From: Chiloscyllium plagiosum
Lineage: Eukaryota
Direction of reading: 5' to 3'
Length of the DNA stretch: 64,000 bases
NCBI RefSeq assembly: GCF_004010195.1
Contig: NC_057752.1
Location: 5,323,223-5,387,222 of the forward strand
Shown: positions 60,566-64,000 of the stretch, in pieces
Layout: each line of letters opens with the position of its first letter
How positions within the stretch are numbered: the first letter of the stretch is position 1
Notes under the pieces: generated by a model
The model's database searches: none
The model's input: the letters and a program-made list of their open reading frames with translations, nothing else
What the model was told of the DNA's origin: nothing
Program-made: the position numbers and the translations under genes

Positions 60566-63224
60566 ACATTGCAGCAAAACGGCAATTGCCAGTCTGGTTA
60601 CAAGTGTTGTTTAACCAGTCACATGCAGAAATAAAGAGACCCTGCAAAAATAAGGTCAGGCATGTAGTACCAAAGAAAATTGAGTTGCATCGCATTGCAT
60701 TCAGACTCTGCTTTTTGTCTAAATATTATTTTAAACCTTACAGTTTCTGAAGTGAGTGGGGATTACTTTGTGCTCTTGGAATAAAATGGCAAAGTTAAGC
60801 TATTAACATTTAGAAATCGGTGCAAGTTTTATACCACCTTTTTCGAGTCAAATGCTGGTGGTTTTGTGTGTATGTGTGTGTGTTGGTGAGTGCTCTTGAG
60901 ATGGTGGCATTTGGATACCATGTTTAACTATAGTACTGGTAAAGCTATGTTCCTTGCTATAGTCCCTACAGGATCCATGGAATGTACTCTGTTTCAGCAA
61001 AAGGACATTGCCATGACCATGCCAGACTCTGCAGTTCTGTCAACTCAGTCTATTTGTCACTAGCATTAGGAATGTGTTAATTGCACCAGCAAATGATTTA
61101 TCACAATGGTTACCTTTGTCCCAATTGGATAAAACCCAGCATTTACATAACTGCATTCATTCTTGTCTAATATCATAACTGATTGTAGCCTGTGTAATTT
61201 TCAAAGCTTGCTTTCTCATTCCCCGAATTTAAAGTACCTTCATTTTTTGTGCATCTGCATAGTTATGTTATCATGTGTATCAAATGTCTCAAAGCACTTC
61301 ATACGTAATGAATAACTAAAATGTTATTGCTATTGTGTTGCCAAATGCAGTTGTTCTTTTCTGTGATGCAAGATCCTGCAGACAGCATTGAAAAAAAATT
61401 GTTGTGGCTTATTGGACAATTGAGACATATTTGATGTTTACTCAACATTGAGAGTTTTAATTAGTGCTCCATTTATTACAACATTTTAATCGTGTACTTG
61501 CGTGTTATAGTACAAATTCATATTGAAATTTTGCAGTCTTCAGGAAAATTTTCATTTTTAGAGTCATACAGCATGGAAACAGACTTTTTGGTCCAATGTG
61601 TTTAGCCATTTGTTTATATGCTGGATTGTACTTCGTTATAGATATGAAGTTTGAGTGAAATTTGTTTATTTTGTCAGCACAATTAATCATATGATCTTGC
61701 TAAGTTTTGTTTGGTTTCAAATTGGTCAAATCTCTTGAATTAACATGAACTTGACTTTATGTTGCAGCAGACATAAATTTAGCCATTAGATTACAATTGA
61801 CGGTGTATTAATTTGATCAGGTGATAATGAAGTTGGATTCCACTCTAATCTCTCTTTTTTGACAATGGGTCAGATAATTAATTGGCTGAAGTTGCTAGTA
61901 AACTGTAATTCAAAAGCACCATTTCTTCCTTAAATTTTTCTTTTACTCTTTGCAACTAAAAATATGAAAAGACATCTCCAACTTCTATCTATGTATTTCT
62001 GTTCATGGTTGAATTCAGTATTTATTGGGAAGGAGGGTGGCAGTTACGCTAATCTGTTGGGTTTAGCACACCATTTTGCTTTAAGTTTTTGAAATGGCTG
62101 TAGAGGTTAGTATGAAACTCTCCAGACAGCTTGATTTGGAGAGATGCAAATGAAGTTATTTTTATGAATGAAGAAGCAGCAACGATGAGGGCAAAAATGG
62201 GTGGGACCGAGTAACAGGGTAGGTTAGAGAATGATGACTTCATCTCTGGATCCTTCATCTCAAACTAGAATGATGAAGCTTGTTACTCTAGTGTAAAATA
62301 CTCTGCACCATTTGGTCAATCATTGGATAATTGCTTGATGAAAATTAAGGAAAGATTTCTAAATAGAAGCAGTGTTTCTGTTTTCTCTTGGGTTTTGGGC
62401 AATGATGACGTGAAGTGAATTTAACGATGGTGCTGTTGTACGGGAACAGGGCGCATCAATTTTTCATGAGTTCAACCTCATCCAGGTTTTCACCCCAACC
62501 AAAAACCACTGGGACAGAATACTTTTGAATATTGGTGCGACTATATCCTGGAGTGGGAATGATGTTTAGAAGAGGTGATGCAATGTGCAAGCTGTATTCT
62601 GGAAGTGTTTCTCAGTTTGTATCGCAGTTGGTTGTAGCACATTATATAACTCAAAAATATTAGCTTGAATTTTTTTTGTTAAAAGTTCTTTTGTGTGCTA
62701 CTGCATGTTCTGGTTGTGACTTTTTGTTTTTGGAAAGGCTGTGTGCAGTTTTATTGCATGCTTATTGTGGGAAAATGCACTGGCACAAATTTTATGACTT
62801 TTCTCTCAACCTTTTCTTAATGTGAAGCCTTAAATTTTGAAATTCACTGGAAAAGTAGTCAAATCAGCATTTGCCTTTCATTCTGAAACATGCTCCATAA
62901 TGTTTGACGTATTTTGTCAGTCAGGGTCTCTAACACTGGATTGATATTTGATTCATCCTCTAAATTTAGCCCTGTTCTTTCTTCCCTCTTGCATGTGCTG
63001 TTTCTACATGCACTCCCTTTGACCCTTCCTTTTCCACACATGCTCAAAATTGCCTTTACTGTCTATTCAACAGCAAACCTAATTGGGAGAGTACATTTCA
63101 CTGAAAGGAAATTCTTTTAAGTCCATATAGTTTTCCATGAAACGTTAGAAAGAGCCCTTGAGTTTCAGCTTTTCTCAGCACAGCTCCAAGTCAGGTAATC
63201 AAACATACAAATTGTTCACACAAA

Positions 63225-63322
63225 CCTTCAGAAGAATCACTGGACTCAAACGTTAACTGTGTTTCTCTCTCCACAGATGCTGGCAGACCTGCTGAGTTTC
63301 TCTAGTAGCATTTGTTTGTTTT
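63225..63322 (+). mobile_element. Penelope-like terminal fragment (degenerate hammerhead region)
   Basis: gaagaatcactggactcaaacgttaactgtgtttctctctccacagatgctggcagacctgctgag is the same family as 44515-44630. Confidence 0.65.
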
Positions 63323-64000
63323 TGGCTCCAAATTAGAGTTAATGTATAATTTTCTGCTGGAACTGGCAATGCTAATATTAACCAACAATATCTTGCATCA
63401 ATGTTCAGCTTTCAATAGTAGAGCTATCACTTCAAAAATATTCTTAAACCACCTTCCCCTAGTGATACACTGATGAGCTAAATAATGCAGTTCAGGGAGG
63501 TTCCAGGTTTGATCCCTGGTTTATGTTGAGTAGAATCTAGGTCTTGGCATTTTTTTGTACTGTATTTGGCCTCATTACCATGTGTTTATAGAGAAGCAAT
63601 TCGCCTCTTGTCAGTGCAGCTCCTGGATGCACTGTTTAGATAAGCTGAGGTTCTCTTCTGTTTTTCGTTGGCATTGAGTATGGGAGCATTTACCATTTTG
63701 GCTAGGTGTGAAGAACGTCACCTTGTGTAAGATAGAGGAAATTGGCATTTATGGAACTGTACCAGAACAAACCAGTAATACCTTCAGGGTAGGAGGCAAT
63801 TCATAAAATGAAATTTTCATGAGCAATCCTTTAGTTCCATTTCTTGGCCGGGCAGGCAGGGCATTAGGCACAATTTCAGGGGTGTGCCCAGGTGTACAGA
63901 GATCAGTTCCTTGTACAGACCTCCAGATCAATTCTGTCTACAGAAGAAGTTGAAAGCACTTTTAATTCGTGTTAACAAACGTTCCTGAGTTATGCACTGC

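Noticed and set aside
60045..60750. CRISPR array or protein-coding gene at the 32-bp repeat (ORFs of 172, 159 and 111 aa on both strands)
   Set aside because: Vertebrate intron with no cas genes. The spacers are only about 11 nt and related to one another. The ORFs arise from a stop-poor repeat whose period is not a multiple of 3, and they lack splice support.

Overview
Eukaryotic genomic DNA from a cartilaginous fish, most likely a shark (inferred from HE1-type V-SINEs, SacSINE1-like DeuSINEs and abundant CR1 LINEs). The window holds the 5' part of a + strand KMT2D (MLL4/MLL2-family H3K4 methyltransferase) gene. I assembled 22 coding exons by hand, from the putative ATG at 6864 to 58619. All introns are GT-AG and phase-compatible, giving 4014 nt (1338 codons) with no internal stop. 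They encode the extended PHD, PHD2-3, an extra KMT2C-like PHD, a long acidic linker, the second triple-PHD cluster and the KRKPYRPGIGGFMVRQR and KSKLED.FPAYLQ blocks. The gene continues beyond the window. The introns are filled with decayed retroelements: CR1, RTE, L2, several SINE families, Penelope-derived hammerhead/palindrome fragments, a MITE and a possible solo LTR. Nearly all short ORFs in the track are TE debris or noise. I found no prokaryote-type system such as CRISPR. The best leads are: (1) a palindromic hammerhead-derived Penelope fragment with a strong one-strand A-to-G signature, suggesting ADAR editing fixed in the genome; (2) a KMT2D that keeps a PHD finger degenerate in human and lacks the large proline-repeat exon; (3) a 32-bp minisatellite with a palindromic core; (4) inverted CR1 copies flanking a frame-neutral 660-nt exon block. 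Repeat boundaries are approximate. Comparisons to human proteins and exon sizes are from memory and need checking.
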